DNA from: Cycas panzhihuaensis
Taxonomy: Eukaryota > Plantae > Cycadophyta
DNA: 64,000 nt
Direction: 5' to 3'
Assembly: GCA_023213395.1 (NCBI GenBank)
Contig: CM041465.1
Span: forward strand, 1-64,000
Within the stretch, counting starts at the first letter, position 1. Each line of letters opens with the position of its first letter. A model generated the notes under the pieces. The model saw only the letters and a program-made list of their open reading frames with translations, ran no database searches and had not been told where the DNA came from. The position numbers and the translations under genes are program-made. Shown one piece after another: positions 25,330-38,403 of this stretch.

Positions 25330-27883
25330 GCAGTGCCCCCGCCCCCACCCGAAGAGGGACACCACCACCGAAAGGGAGCAGCCCGCCACACACCCCCAAC
25401 CGAAAGAAAGAAACAGACAACGAAACGTCCAAAGGGCGTAACTTGCCAAAGAACAATGGGAAAACAAGCAGCCAAAACAAGAGGGAAACACACGAGGGGG
25501 AGAAAAAAACGGAAGGGGTGAAGACAAACAAGGCAATCGGGACTTCAAATTCAAAAGGGGCCATGTAACAAGACAAAGGGGGAAACGAGGGGGGGAAGGC
25601 ATCCCAAATATTAGCTGGGATGAGAGAGCAGCGCCAAAACCCGGATTGGGAAGGTGAATGAGAAGGGACGTTTCTTTGGGCCAGAGGTTGTAGACAGCCC
25701 ATCCGGTGTGCACTTAAGAAGAGGGGGGATGCGCGCAAAGCATCTGCCCCACCCCAAGAGGGACACCACCGAAAGGTAGCCCGCCACACACCCCCAACCG
25801 AGGGAAAGAAAACAAACAACGAAACATCGAAAGGGAAGAATTAACCAAAGAACAATGGGAAGGAAAACAAACCGCCAAATAAAAGGAAAACGCACGAGGG
25901 TAGACAAAAAGGAAGGGGTGAAGATAAACAAGACAATTGGGACTTCACAAAAGGTCACGGGGAACAAGACAAACGGCATCGGGGAGGAACGCATCCCCAA
26001 ATATGTGTCATGGGGTGAAAGAGCTACGTAACCCGGGTTGGGAGGGGAAATGATACGGGACATGTCTTTGGGCACGAGGTGGTAAACGGCCCGTCCAGTG
26101 TGCACTTAGGAAGGAGGGGGATGCACGCAAAGCATCTGCCCCACCCCAAGAGGGACACCACTGAAAGGGAGCCCGCCACACACCCCCAACCGAAAGAGAG
26201 AAAACAGATAACGAAACATCCAAAGGGGAGAAATGACCAGCAACAATGAGGAAATTAAACTGTTTCAAACAAGAGCGAAACGCATGAGGGGAGACAAAAT
26301 GGAAGTGGTGAAGACAAACAAGACAATTGGGACTTTCAAAAGGGCCGGCACTAACAAGACAAACGATCTGGGAGGAACGATCCCAAATATGTGCCGGGGT
26401 GAAAGAAAAGCGCCACAACCCAGGTTGAGGGGAAACGACACGGACGTGTCTTGGGCACGAGGTGGTAAACGGCCTCGGCAAGTGACTTAGAAGAGGGGAT
26501 GCAAGAAGCATCCGCCCCACCCCAAGAGGGACACCACCGAAAGAAGGAAAATAGACAACGAAACATCCAACGGGAGGAATGACCAAAGAACAATGACAAA
26601 ATTAAATCCTCAAACAAGAGCGAAACGCACGAGGGGAGACAAAATGGAAGGGGTGAAGACAAACAAGACAATTGGGACCTCCACAAAAGGGTGCTACGTA
26701 ACAAGACAACGGCATCGGGGAGGAACGGCCCCAAATATGTGCCGGGGTGAAAGAGCGCCGTAACCCAAGTTGAGGGGAACGACACGGACGTGCTTTAGGC
26801 ACGAGGTTATAAACGCCCGCCCGGCAAGGCGCACTTAGAAAGAGGGGATGCGCCAGCATCTCGCCCCCAAAGAGGGACACCACCGAAAGGAAGCCCGCCA
26901 CACACCCCCAGCCGAAAGAGAGAAAACAGACAACGAAACAACCAAAGGAGAAATGACCAAAGAATAATGAGAAAACTAAACAAACCCCAAACAAGAGCGA
27001 AACGGACGGGGGGGAGACAAACCTTGAAGGGGTGAAGATAAACAAGACAATTGGGACTTCCGTCAAAAAGGGTGCCATGGAACAAAACAAACGGGCATCC
27101 TGGGGGAAGGCATCCCAAATATGTGCTGGGGGTGAAAGAGCAGCGCCAGAACCTGGGTTGGGAGGGGAAACGATACGGGACGTGTCTCTGGGCACGAGGT
27201 GGTAAACGGCCCGCCCGGTGTGGACTTAGGAAGAGGGGGATGCGCGCAAGGCATCTGCCCTGCCCCAAGAGGGACACCACCGAGAGGGAGCCCGCCACAC
27301 GCCCCCAACAGAAAGAAAGAAAACAGAACGAAACATCCAAAGGGGAGAAATGACCAGCAACAATGAGAAAATTAAACGGCACAAATAAGAGCGAAACGCA
27401 CGAGGGGGAGATGTAAATGGAAGTGGTGAAGACAAACAAGACAATTGGGACTTCCGTCAAAAGGTCGCCACTAACAAGACAAATGGTCATCTGGGAGGAA
27501 CGCGTCCCAAATATGTGTCATGGTGAAAGAGCTGGCCATAACCCGTTGGGAGGGGAAATGATACGGACGTGTCTTTGGGCACGAGGTGGTAAACTACCGT
27601 CCGGCAGCACTTAGGAAAGAGGGGGATGCGCGCAAAGCATCTGCCCCACCCCAAGAGGGACACCACCGAAAGGGAGCCCGCAACACACCCCCAACCGAAA
27701 GAGAGAAAACAGACAACGAAACATCCAAATGAGAAATGACCAAAGAATAATGAGGGAATTAAACAGCCCAAACAAGAGCGAAACGCACGAGGGGAGACAA
27801 AAATGGGAGTGGTGAAGACAAATAAGACAATTGGGACTTCCGTCAAAAGGGTTGGCACAGAACAAGACAAACAGCATCGGGGA
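25330..27883. repeat. Subrepeat family C (about 370 bp), left part, about 7 copies
   Basis: gtgaaga(c/t)aaacaagacaattgggacttc-type anchors at about 25520, 25920, 26310, 26655, 27035, 27430 and 27815. Confidence 0.9.
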
Positions 27884-30406
27884 TGGACGCTACCGCTACG
27901 GATAACCACCGACCGATAGGCGGGGAGAGATGGTGACGAAACCAGAGGAAGTGGAACCTACAAGGCAAGCAACTACCACGCAGAGCGCCTGCGGCACGGA
28001 GCGAGTTCTGGATCCGCAATGGAGTATGGCTACTATCGGGTGACCCTTCACCGCCTTGAGCGAAGGGCTAAGATACGAGGACGAACCCTGTTGACTCGGG
28101 AGTAGGCCCTCCCACCCTTGGGTGGCCGTGGGAGAGAGAAAGAACCTAACAAGGATAGGCCAAGAACAATCCTATGCAATCTAACCGCATACGAGCGATG
28201 AAGCAAGGCGCCAAGGCTAAGGAAGAGGGAGGAAGGGTAAGAGAGAAGAAGACTCCTACAACCTTTCCTACGAATAACAAAAGTACATGCAACAAGGCAA
28301 ACAAATCGCAAAACCAATATTAAAAGGTAATTTTCCTTTAATCTTCGATGTTCTAATTACTAGAAAGGAATAAAAGGTAAAAAGCAAGGGGTGCGAAGGG
28401 GAACAAAGCTGCACTGGGCCAAGGCGTGAGAGATGGCGAGCCTTCAGAAGAGCACCCAACCACCGCAGCTGCACGGATGTGAAATGTAGAAGTTTAAAAG
28501 GGGCTTCCTTACCTTCCCTGTGAAAAGTAAATGCGATACAAGGAAGGAAAGAAACGCTAACTAGCAAAATGAGATAGCATAAAATATGACACATGCAAGG
28601 GACGCCACCTATGGAAGGGGCAACGGCAACGCTCTCCAAGGCCCCGAGTACTGTGAAGCAACAAAGGTCTCCTCCCGCCGAGGGAGAACACCTATATGCA
28701 ACACAAAGATCTAGCAATATATGTCTAGCAACATAAACGAGAGTCTAAATGTACATGCATCGTTGTTAGTCCAATAAGGAAAATACCAAAGAAGAACGAT
28801 CCAAATGAAAGGAAACAACAAGGTAAGCTCCTGAGTGGCCTACCGCCCAAGAATGGTGCCCAAACCTCTCCCCAAGAGCCACGGGCACGAGGAGAAAGTC
28901 AAGACTCAAGGCCGGAAAACTACCGCAAGAAGGGGCAAGAAAGACCCAAAGACACCCACGGGAACCGGATGCTACGGGAGCAAACCGTAACCGGGAGCAA
29001 AGGTGGAGTAAGAACCCGGCTGGGGCCTATGGATGGCACCCAAACTCGAATAAAGGGTTCCAAATCACGCAACTTGTGACAAATACCCGGGTTTGGGCAA
29101 CCAAGGGAGTTCAACCCTCGTTTGCAAGCCAAGAGTAGCACGGGCGAGAGGGAGGCTTTGAGGGCTTTGAGCCGCTAGGGAGCGTGGAAGGTGGTGCGAA
29201 TCCACCCAGCCTCTCCAAAGCCTATGCAACCCTCAACGCCGCTTACCTTGGACAAAGAAACGCAGTAAGAAGCAGAGGGAGAGTGGTACTAGCCCTCAAG
29301 AGGGAGGAAACCAACTCTCAAGCAACAAATGAAAACAAATAAGTCAAGTGTAAATATCACCAAAACAAATACAAAGTGAAGAGTACTGAAAGGGAGGCAA
29401 GGATTTGCCCAGCCAAAAGATAACAAGAAGGGCCGGAACAAATTTCAGACTGAATAGAGCAGCTGGGGCCCCGCTATGGAGGCGGAACGGAAACACTGCA
29501 AACGGGGAGCTCGTGGATCGCCTGGTAGAAAACACCGAAACCGCTTAAAGGAGCCTCTCCAAGGGCTTGGGGGCCGAGAGAATGTCTCACCAAGCCAAAG
29601 GAGAGCCGGGCGTCAGATGAAGAGTGCAGTCCGCTTGTCGCAGCAAACAAAGCAGAAGAGAGCAGAAAGCAGAGAGTGTTCCTCGAGAGTAAATCCAAAA
29701 GTGAGTAAAAAGATCCAAAGAGAGAGCCAAAAGATGTTTAAGTACTAAAGCAAAACCCTAAAGTAGGCGAATAGGGTACTACCGAGGGAGAAAGGCGAAC
29801 TGACGTGGCGCTTCGAACAATGCGAAATTGCCACCGCTGGATTTTAAAACAAACAGAGACAACAGATCACGGAACTTTAGCAGACTGCTGAATATTCCAA
29901 TGCAGATCATGAAAATTCGGGCAGATCACAAGATCACGGCCAGATCACAAGATTACGGCAGATACACCGAGACACAAATGGGGCCCGCCAACCGTCCAGC
30001 CGGGGCAAACTCAAAAAAGGCTAAAGGACAACTAAAACACCCACCCGGAGCAAACAAGCCAAGAAACGCCCACGGAGCGTAAATAGGCCCCAAACGAGGT
30101 GGCAAGCTAACCAAGCGACGATGAGGCATCACACGGTGGAGGTGGCGCAAACCCTGGGATCCAGGAGAGAGGAGGGCATATGCGAAGTAATACGGCCACT
30201 GTGGTGCCACACTCGCTAAGAGTGTGCCCCTCGCTATAGTCGCCATAGGCTAAACATGGGTGTGGACGACCACCGTGCCGCCCACAAAGTCATACGCGAT
30301 GCAAATATGTAAGGCATAATCAAGACATAAAAGTGATGATAATGCTAGAGACATACCGCACTTACCTCGAGTTTGTGATTCCAGATCCATTCCTGAAGCC
30401 GGAACA
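27884..30406 (-). repeat. 3' LTR (about 2.52 kb)
   Basis: Begins tggacgctac..ggataaccaccga and ends aagccggaaca; collinear with 38404-40927. Confidence 0.92.
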
Positions 30407-30829
30407 CCGCCTGGCAAAGCAGAGCCTCGCCGCCTAAGCCCGATGCGATGGCGACGCCGGCAACACAACCGCCAAGAGTACATGTGTATATAGATATATC
30501 AATCAAGATCGATCAAGAGGCAAGGGTGCCATGAGTGTCGTGGGCGAACGCTGCGGATACGAAAGCGCGGTGGAGACAACATAGGGCCGCCATGAGCCAC
30601 CCGAAACCGACCGGGAGAAAGAGACAAAGCGAGGGGCCGCCCCACCACAATGAATACAAAGGAGCATGCAGACCACATGGGGAACAAATGGTGGGTACCA
30701 TAGTTTTACCTCGTTAGCAACCCGACGGAGGTGCGAGCAGATCGCGAAGCGAGCGACCAACTACCGAGGCTTGGGCGACGGAAGGCCAAGCAAGACCTGT
30801 GATGGTCAAGGCGAGACAAAGCAAGGCCA

Positions 30830-31200
30830 AGGATGAGGCGAACAAGGCTATCTCGCCTCAAAGATGAGAGCCCGAGGGATATGCCGGATATCAACAGAAG
30901 AGAAACGGGCCAGAGGGATCCGCCAGAAGCAAGAGTCCTCATGAGGGCATCGCATCTGTGAGACTCGGGTGAGATGAGACACCACAACTTGAGAGTCGCA
31001 GAGCAAAACAATAGGTCCGTGATGGAAACGGCGGGCGCCAGAAGGGCTTCATGACACCGATACTCGGCCATTGTTGGTAGCCTCCGGAGGAAGATCCCAG
31101 AGCGAGGAGATCATAACCGTAAGGGTCATGAGAATCCACGCAGCATCCGAAGGTTCAGGGTTACCGCGCTTCCGCCGCTCAGAAAGATGTAGATGCACAT
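30830..31200 (-). CDS. Archaeal/type-I-like ribonuclease H (aRH) in a separate ORF downstream of integrase (frameshifted as read)
   Basis: Successive minus-strand motifs MCIYIF..GGS-RGNP, DLPPEATNN-(M)AEY, VLLCDSQVVVSHLT and SVDIRHIPRALIFEA-DSLV match the aRH signature FDG.SRGNPG / TNN.AEY / GDSQLVV / HVPR..N..AD.L. Partly visible in ORFs 31049-31243 and 30706-31071. Confidence 0.85.
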
Positions 31201-31883
31201 AGTGACACAAAATCCAAGCAGATGATCGTGATGAAGGCAACACTTAGAAAATGCATAACAGTGTGGTCGCCAAGGGTGGGAGGACCTAGAATGAGGCGCC
31301 TGTGAGCGGGCCACAGCAGATGAACAAGGATGGATAGTTTGGCAGAGGAAAGCACGGCCTGTGGGGTCATATATAGGACCATATGATTGTACTTCGCAAG
31401 GACACCGGCCTCCTGTGATGTATGATGACATGATTTTGATATGTATATATGCATGGGGTGAGTGTTATGTTGTGTAGTAGGTGATTCATGTTATGAACAT
31501 TTTATTGTATGATGCACACGCTTCCTTCCATGTATAACCACACACCTAATCAGGGCACACACACACGCCCGTGAGTGGGACGACATGGAGGTGTGAGGTT
31601 AGGAAGGTGTATGCATACATGTCTCGCAGGAGAGCATAACGGATATGCTAAGGAAACGCCAGATAGAAAGAGGGGCAACACGTTTCAAGCGCCCCTCCCG
31701 GCTGGGAGATGCCCAAGCGAGAGGACCAAGGTTCCCGAGAGGATACGGAACGCCGGGTTCCGTGGACTAACCGTAGAGACAAAGCGGGTCCATCTTAAAT
31801 AGCCATTCTACACGCTACCGGAAGAATGGGGACAACCTAAGATGGTAGTTTAGGCTCGTTTTGTGGCGAGGGATCGTCAAGGG

Positions 31884-33080
31884 TCAAGCGTAAAACTTTA
31901 AGGAACATCCCATTAACCCGCTTTCAAATTCGAGCCTCCGTGGTGGCTATCCTATAGGCACCATTATCGAGAGATTCGATAATGACAAAAGGACCGACCC
32001 ACCGGGTTGGAATTTGGTCAAACGGCCATGGAGATATTCGAGCTTGAGGACATAGTCCCCGGAAACAAAGGGCTGGAATGCAGTGTTTATCGTGGGCCCT
32101 TTGTGAACGGGCTTGATGCTAGGTTAGCCTCGATAAGCGCTAAGCCGCCTCTCATCCAAAGCTTCGAGGTCCAAAGAAGGTGTTCGACGGATCGACTCAT
32201 CGCCGATGAAACCTCAAGGAGACTCGCAGGAAGGAATCTCCACCTCCAATGGGAGTACCGCCACCGTGAGACCGTGGAGAACTGGGTCATTCCTGCGAAT
32301 CTGACGGAAGTACGATAAGCCCATAAGGCTGAGGGCAACGAAGGTGCCAATCCTTTGGGATCGACCGACTTTTCTTGAGAATGTTGATAAGAGTCTTGTT
32401 AAAAGACTCCACCGCCATTTGCCCGAGGGTAGTAAGGAGAGGAAGTCTTATGGGAGATTTTAAACTTCTCGCAAAGCTCATCCACCTCCCTATTACAAAA
32501 GGGGTTCCATTGTTTTAATCGTGACATCCGAATCCCAAGCGCAAATGACGTGCCGATAGATGAATGTGGCAATCGCTTTGCCGGGTAGTGATCAAAGGGA
32601 TGGCCTCACCATTTGGTAAAATATCCGTGGCGCTCAAGATGAACTTGTGTCATGACGACGAAGGGAAATAGCCCCAATGAGGTCTAATCCCCATCGAGCG
32701 AAAGGCCATGGCGAAACAATAGGGTGCAAAGTCTCGAAGGCACATGGGAAATGTTGGCATGCTCTGACATCGCCGACATTTCAAAGACAAAGGCGCATGC
32801 CTTTAAAAAGAGATGGCCAAAAGTAGCCCATACAGAGGATCCTCCGAGCCATAGATCGCCCCCAAAGTGACCCCACAAATGCCGTGGTGGCATTCGCGGT
32901 TATCTTGGCCACGGCCATCACGGTGATGCAATGGAGAAGGATCCCATCGGCGACCTCTTGACAATACCGCCCACGAGGAGGTATTGCCGAGCGTAAGTCC
33001 TGATGCGAATTTAACTTTGTTACTAGTGCTCTGGGGCCTGGCCAAGGTGAGATACCGCACTATGTCACCGCATCACCCAT
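31884..33080 (-). CDS. Integrase (zinc finger, core and GPF C-terminus), frameshifted as read
   Basis: ECHHGICG.HFG....ARRILCMGYFWPSL zinc-finger region, AVESFNKTLINILKK, ALWAYRTSVR and WVGPFVIIESLDNGAYRI; TGA stop at 31884-31886. Confidence 0.88.
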
Positions 33081-33189
33081 TGGCTGGGAGTGGATGGGGA
33101 TTTAACTCCCTGATCGCCGTGATAGACTCATCGGGAGAGAGTCATCAACCGGAGTATCAAAGGAGTTAGGGATAGGGGTGTTCAGAAGT

Positions 33190-33600
33190 TGCTCTACCAC
33201 TATCATGCCCTTCTTTGATTTCCTGCTAACGATAAGGAGATCAAATTCGAGTAGGATAGCCCAACGACCACCTCACCCGCCAAGTCCGAACGAGTTAGTA
33301 AGCATCTCAAGGGATCCTGATTGAATGATCACCTTAGTATTGCCGAGCAAGTAATTAAACTTCGGTCACAGAGACCAAGGAGAGACATTCCTTCTCATAG
33401 GGAATAGTTAAATCTGGCACCACAAGGGTACGATCGATGAAGTATATAGCCTCTCGGCCTCGAGTCATCCTCCCGAGCGAGCATAGCGCCAAGGACTCGC
33501 TACGCCGAGGTATACAAAACGAAGGGCCTATCGAACCTGGGAGGCGCCAACGTAGGAGCGAAGCCGTGGCTTCCTCGAGTCCTTCAAGGCCTTTTGGGTC
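33190..33600 (-). CDS. Gypsy RNase H / tether domain, frameshifted as read
   Basis: EAIYFIDRTLV..YEKECLSLV, YLLG..DPLR.LLTR and RWAILLEFDL motifs. Confidence 0.8.
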
Positions 33601-33699
33601 TTGTCGCACTGTGCAAAAGGAGCTCCCTTCTTCAACAGTTCGTAAGGGGTTTAGCATTCACAACAAGTCCGCCTAGAAGCGCTTAAGGAAACCGAGCCT

Positions 33700-34520
33700 A
33701 CCTAGAAACGACTTGATCCGCCGCTGAGTTCTAGGAGGCAGATGTCGAGGATCGCCTCGACTTTGTCGTGGTCGATCCGAATTCCTTGTTTGGATACAAG
33801 GAACCCAAGGAGTTTACCCGGTGACGCAAACACACATTTGAGCGATTAAGATCGACGTGATACTCGCGATCGCGGAGAAGATGGCACGCAAGCTCAAGGG
33901 TGATGGGCTCACGCCGAGAAAGACCCATCATATCGTCCATGAAGACCTCCAACGTGTCGCTGATGAGATCGTGGAAGATGAAGTGCATGGCTCTTTGATA
34001 TGTAGCACCGCATTTTTAAGGCCAAGGGCATCGCCTTGAGGCGAAGGTACCCCAGGAGTAGTGAAGGCCGCCTTATGGCGGCCTTCTGGGAAATCAATTT
34101 GGTTGTAACCGAGAAGCCGCCCATTAAGGACATCACTTTGAATCCGGCCAAGGCGATCAATGATTTGATCTAAGAAGGGTAGCGGAAATTGTCCCAGGAC
34201 AAGCGTTGTTGATATCGCGAAATCGATGATATGCGATTGCCCCTGCTCTTTTGGCAACGGAACAATATTAGAGACCCACTTAGGGTAATCAATAGAAGTA
34301 ACAAGCCCAGCATCCAGAAGCTTTTCAACCTCCATCTTGACGACGGCAGAGAGCTTCGGGTGAAGAGGACGCTGCTCGCGCATGTGATCGCGCCAGTGAA
34401 GGGTGGTGAGGTTATGGGTGACAATCGAGGGTCGATTCCCTTCATGTCAAGATAATCCCACGCGAAAATGTCTCGAAATTCTCGGAATGTAAGGGAATAT
34501 TCCCTAATCTCATCAGAGAG
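33700..34520 (-). CDS. Reverse transcriptase (Tat/Ogre/Athila-type), frameshifted as read
   Basis: FREFRDIFAWDYLDMKGIDP, VKMEVEKLLDAG..YPKWVSNIV, FPLPFLDQII, GYNQI, KAAFTTP and IFHDLISDTLEVFMDDMM in ORFs 34170-34583, 33928-34383 and 33731-33988. Confidence 0.93.
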
Positions 34521-35299
34521 CATTCCGCCCAACCCTAATGACCTTGCTCGGCCAAGACTACGCCTTGAATTCCCCATGCACATGGCATTGCCTCTTCAAA
34601 GTGAAGAGGGCAAGATCAACGGAGGAGGAGGAATAGAGAGGGATCTGATCACGAGCGTGATCCGATCGCAAGGATCTTCCGGTGACCGAGCCTGGTGACC
34701 AAGGCGTATTAGGTGCAAGGCCCGCTAGGTGTTTCAAAGAGTTTTCATCATCCTCGAAATAGTCCACCCATGGATGACCCTATTTCGAGTAGAAGAAGCG
34801 CTAGAAGGAAAGGAGCAACGGACGGGTGATCATCGATCGCTTCAACTCCTTCATGGAACCAAGGAAAACCAGTAAAGAGGCTCCTCGAGAGGAGCGAAAG
34901 GCACCTCAAAACCATCACCGCGAGGGTAATGAAAAGAAGAACCGACGGCCAAGTGTCAAGACGAGCGATGGTGTGTGACACGCACGAGGGGCTAGTCTCA
35001 CCAACGAGAGAGGTTCCAAACGAGGGTCTAGAGCGAGATAGTACGCCCATCATGCCAAGGAAAGAAATGGGTGGAGATAACCTCGCTCCGCCAAGCGATT
35101 CATCATCGCCGAACGGCAAGGTACCCATAACTCCCGACGCCAATAGGGCAAAACGCCATGAGACTAGGAAGGGAAGATGGGATCTTCTTCCGACGGATTG
35201 GGTATACCAATTGAACAAGCCGAGGCGTGAGTGGTGAACCTTGGTTTGCCGAATTGGCATAACGAGTTTGTTTGGCAAAAGGACGCTCACGGGAACCAC

Positions 35300-35680
35300 T
35301 CTCATTCGTCCGTCATGGACGAATTTAAGCCGCCCCCAAAGGGTCGAACACACGGCCCCATTTGGTCGAGCCATGGGCGACCTGAAGGAGGTTGTAATCC
35401 ACGCCAACGCCGAGGACTACAACATCTAAGAAGAACGGTTTTGCCCCTCAAGGGTGAGCGAATCGCGATGCATCCGAGAGGGGTCTTCGCCATCACATAC
35501 CTTTGGCATCGCCAGTGAACGTTCCATATGAGATACCAAGCTCTTGCATAACACGCAAGGGCATGGCATCGATGTAAGAGCCGCTGTCGACAACAGCCTT
35601 CTGAGGGTACAATCAGCGACGATCGTGATGGTGAATGGGAAGTTCCACCGACGCTCCCTGCTCACCCATGGAGGAAGATC
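35300..35680 (-). CDS. Aspartic protease, frameshifted as read
   Basis: gctgttgtcgacagcggctcttacatcgatgccatgccc translates to AVVDSGSYIDAMP (D-S-G active site, about 35560-35597); DYNLL.GRPWLD at about 35365-35400. Confidence 0.85.
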
Positions 35681-36289
35681 CTTAGGATCAAGGAAATAGT
35701 GGGTCCGCCACCTGGGCGACGCCCAAAGCGTGATGCACATCTCCCGATCCTAAAGCTTCCAGGAGGAGGGCCCGCTGTCGACAACTCCTCGAACGCCCAT
35801 CAAGGACATTCCCCGCAATGATCAGTATGGAGCTCGCCCACGACGGAGAAGGGTTTACCTTCCTGGTTGGGTAAGTGCCCTTCGAAAGTCGTGAACGACC
35901 CAAGCATGTGAATAGCCTTGGGGAAAGAGGGATTTTGAGGAAGGGTCTCCTAAGGATCAAGGAACTAAGAACCGGCAGCCCCGCCGCTTCCTTAGCAGCT
36001 TGAGATCGCGTAAGGGCGAAAGCCTGAGTTGCTTCAAGCAATCGAATCACCTTCTTCCCTATTCCGGGTCGTGGAAGGCGACGAGTACGGCTGCCAGTGA
36101 GAACGAGAAGAGGAAGAAGAGTTCCGCGCCTTCCCTTTGTCGCGGAAGGGCTGGATCGTGTGATCTTCCCTGCTACGGCTTGTTCTTGGTTTGGGGTCAT
36201 CACGCTCCCCATGTTTAGTGAACTGATCCTTGTGAACAAAGTTGGTTCAGATTAGGCCTCGAGGCCTGCTTGGGAGAGGAATCGGCCGA

Positions 36290-37250
36290 GGGCATCCTTC
36301 GATGCCGGGCCCTACAACGTGAATCGTCATGGAAGCAATCCCCATGAATGGAACACCACTTCTTCTCAAGCGAGGGCCTGACCTTCTCGCTGAGGATCGG
36401 GCATTCCCATTCCCGGAAGAGGAGCTTGGGTAGTTTGTTGGACTTGTTTGTTTGAAGTAGGAGACGAAGGACCTTGAAGCTTGAGTTTTCATCGTGACGC
36501 CGAACGAGCGATACCGAGGTGAGGGGATCTAAGGTCCTCCTGAGGATGAGAGGAAGACCGCGCCTACCGAGAAGGTTTAGTGTCTTTGGTGGGGTGGTGC
36601 CTCACTGCCAGGAGGGCTTAAGAGGTTTCGAGACCACCTTGATCTCAATAGCTTCCAACGCCAAGCACTTGGCGATCGGGAATCACACGTGGTCGCCCCA
36701 TCTCGAGGACTTCCACGTGACTTCGGACGGCGCATCGACAACAGTGTCCCGCTCAGCCTCGCAAAGTCGCCTGTGGAGTGAAGGATCGCGGAATCGCCAG
36801 ACAAAGTCACGATTCATCTCATCGTGACCTTGTTTGAGCGAGAGAAGGGATTTCATCCCGCCTCGAATGGGCGAAGCTACATCAAAGTAATTGATGAACT
36901 CGCCCACCAATCACCGGAATGAATAGACCGAAAAGGTGGAGACGATAAAACCATTTAAGGGCGCCACCGCAAGGATCGAGGAAAGAGTTTCATCAAAATA
37001 TGGTCAGAAGCTCAAGAATCGATGCATGCCATAGAGAAACTACGGACATGTTCACGGGTTCGCGACGAAGTCCCATCGAATCTAGGAACTGTGAGGATGA
37101 GGCGCAAGTTGGTTCGCAACGCCAACCGAGAGAGGGGTTGACCTAAAGTCCACGGCGCGCGCCTGCCTCGAACCGTAGGATCAACGAACATCGGTAGGCG
37201 CGCAAGGAGCTGATGGGGTAGGACACCCATCCTCCTGAGGAACCACCCTC
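36290..37250 (-). CDS. Gag core and zinc-knuckle-like region (N-terminal extension toward about 38280 not delimited)
   Basis: PRFDGT...EHVRSF (37012-37230), SLLSLKQGHDE.NRDFVWRF retrotrans_gag motif (36683-36910), and a C-x2-H-x4-H-x4-C-like WCSIHGIASHDDSRC at about 36315-36360. Confidence 0.78.
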
Positions 37251-38385
37251 ACGACAAGAGGTGTGGAAAAGGGCGCCTGAAGGGAGCCGATTCTCATGAA
37301 GGCACAAATCTGATGGAACCGCATCGATGGCGACAAGAGGGATGCGAATCGTTCTCGCCCATACGCCACCCGTAGGTGGGGCCATTCCGCATGGGTGTAG
37401 AGGATCCACCCCATAAACAGAAGACGGCTTCCTACCCCGCCCCCAAGGTTGAGAAGTATACCGGGGAACGAGAAAGAAGCACCAACGCTACTGGGTTGGA
37501 GGACGCGTGGGAACGAATCCCACCCGACCAAGTACTGGAAGGCTAGCAGGCGACTAGGCCTACTAGAGCAAAGATGTGCCGATTAGGGAGACGACATTAG
37601 TTGATCGGAACGTATGCTAACCCCGCTGAGGGATGACACACCGTGAGAAGGCCTTAAGGCATTAGGGCCTCGATAAGGATGGAAGGTGCCACACGTGCCC
37701 CCACCACAGAAACGAATGGGGCGACGCTGTAGGCACGAAAGGGTTTGTTGTCACAGAAAGGCTGACGAGGATGAAGCGGAGGGGAAGAGCAGGGAGGAAG
37801 AGGCCTCCCAAGCAGACACCCTCAAGCCATTCGGACGTGGTTGAGAGCATGCCGCACGCAAGATCCGCCAAGAGCCTCAAGCACGCCAATGTGAGGAGTC
37901 CCCACATACCCATAAGAGGTGATCGGACCGAACAAGGCATGTCCATCCAAGGTTCCTCATAAAATCGCCATCGCGTGGCAATCCTCGGAGGAACGGATCC
38001 TCTACGTGGGTAGAAGGATGGGGAGCACAAGAAAGGTGTTGATCGACGGTAGTAAAGGAGTCGCCACCCTCGGGTGGACTGAATGATGTAAGGAAGAGCT
38101 TGGGTTTCATAACCAAGCTGGTAGGTCCAATTCCAAGAGTACCTTCCATAGCCTGGACGGATCCGACGAGGCAAGAAGGCTATACTGGGTCTTCTAACAA
38201 AGGGGTAGACCGCAAACGACGAGAGAAACTACAAGATGTAAGGTCGATCGACGATGTCGTGAAAAGAGAAGGAATGGTATAACACGCTGCTGGGGTCCGC
38301 CCAACGTGGAGGTCAAGACAGTATAGAAAGGATCACACAGAGTAGCGAAACCAACCGAAGAGAGCGAGACTAGCTCCCCATCGCG

Positions 38386-38403
38386 CCCCTCAAAGATGGT
38401 CGC
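38386..38403 (-). promoter_or_regulatory. Putative primer-binding site, tRNA-Arg-like
   Basis: The minus strand directly after the 5' LTR CA reads GCGACCATC, resembling (TG)GCGACCA, the complement of a tRNA-Arg 3' end of the kind used by Tat/Ogre elements. The leading TG is missing as read. Confidence 0.4.

Noticed and set aside
28020-28050. 5S-like motif (tactatcgggtgaccc) in the LTR, suggesting a Cassandra-type element
   Set aside because: Only about 8 nt match the 5S C-box region, and no A-box or flanking 5S similarity is present.
30407-30425. Polypurine tract next to the 3' LTR of the gypsy element
   Set aside because: The sequence as read (minus strand gccaggcgg) is not a clear purine tract. 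It may be corrupted, so it is not called.
31884-37250. Calling the retrotransposon a decayed pseudogene because of its frameshifts
   Set aside because: The same indel pattern affects invariant rRNA motifs and the LTRs are equal in length, so the frameshifts are probably largely sequencing error.
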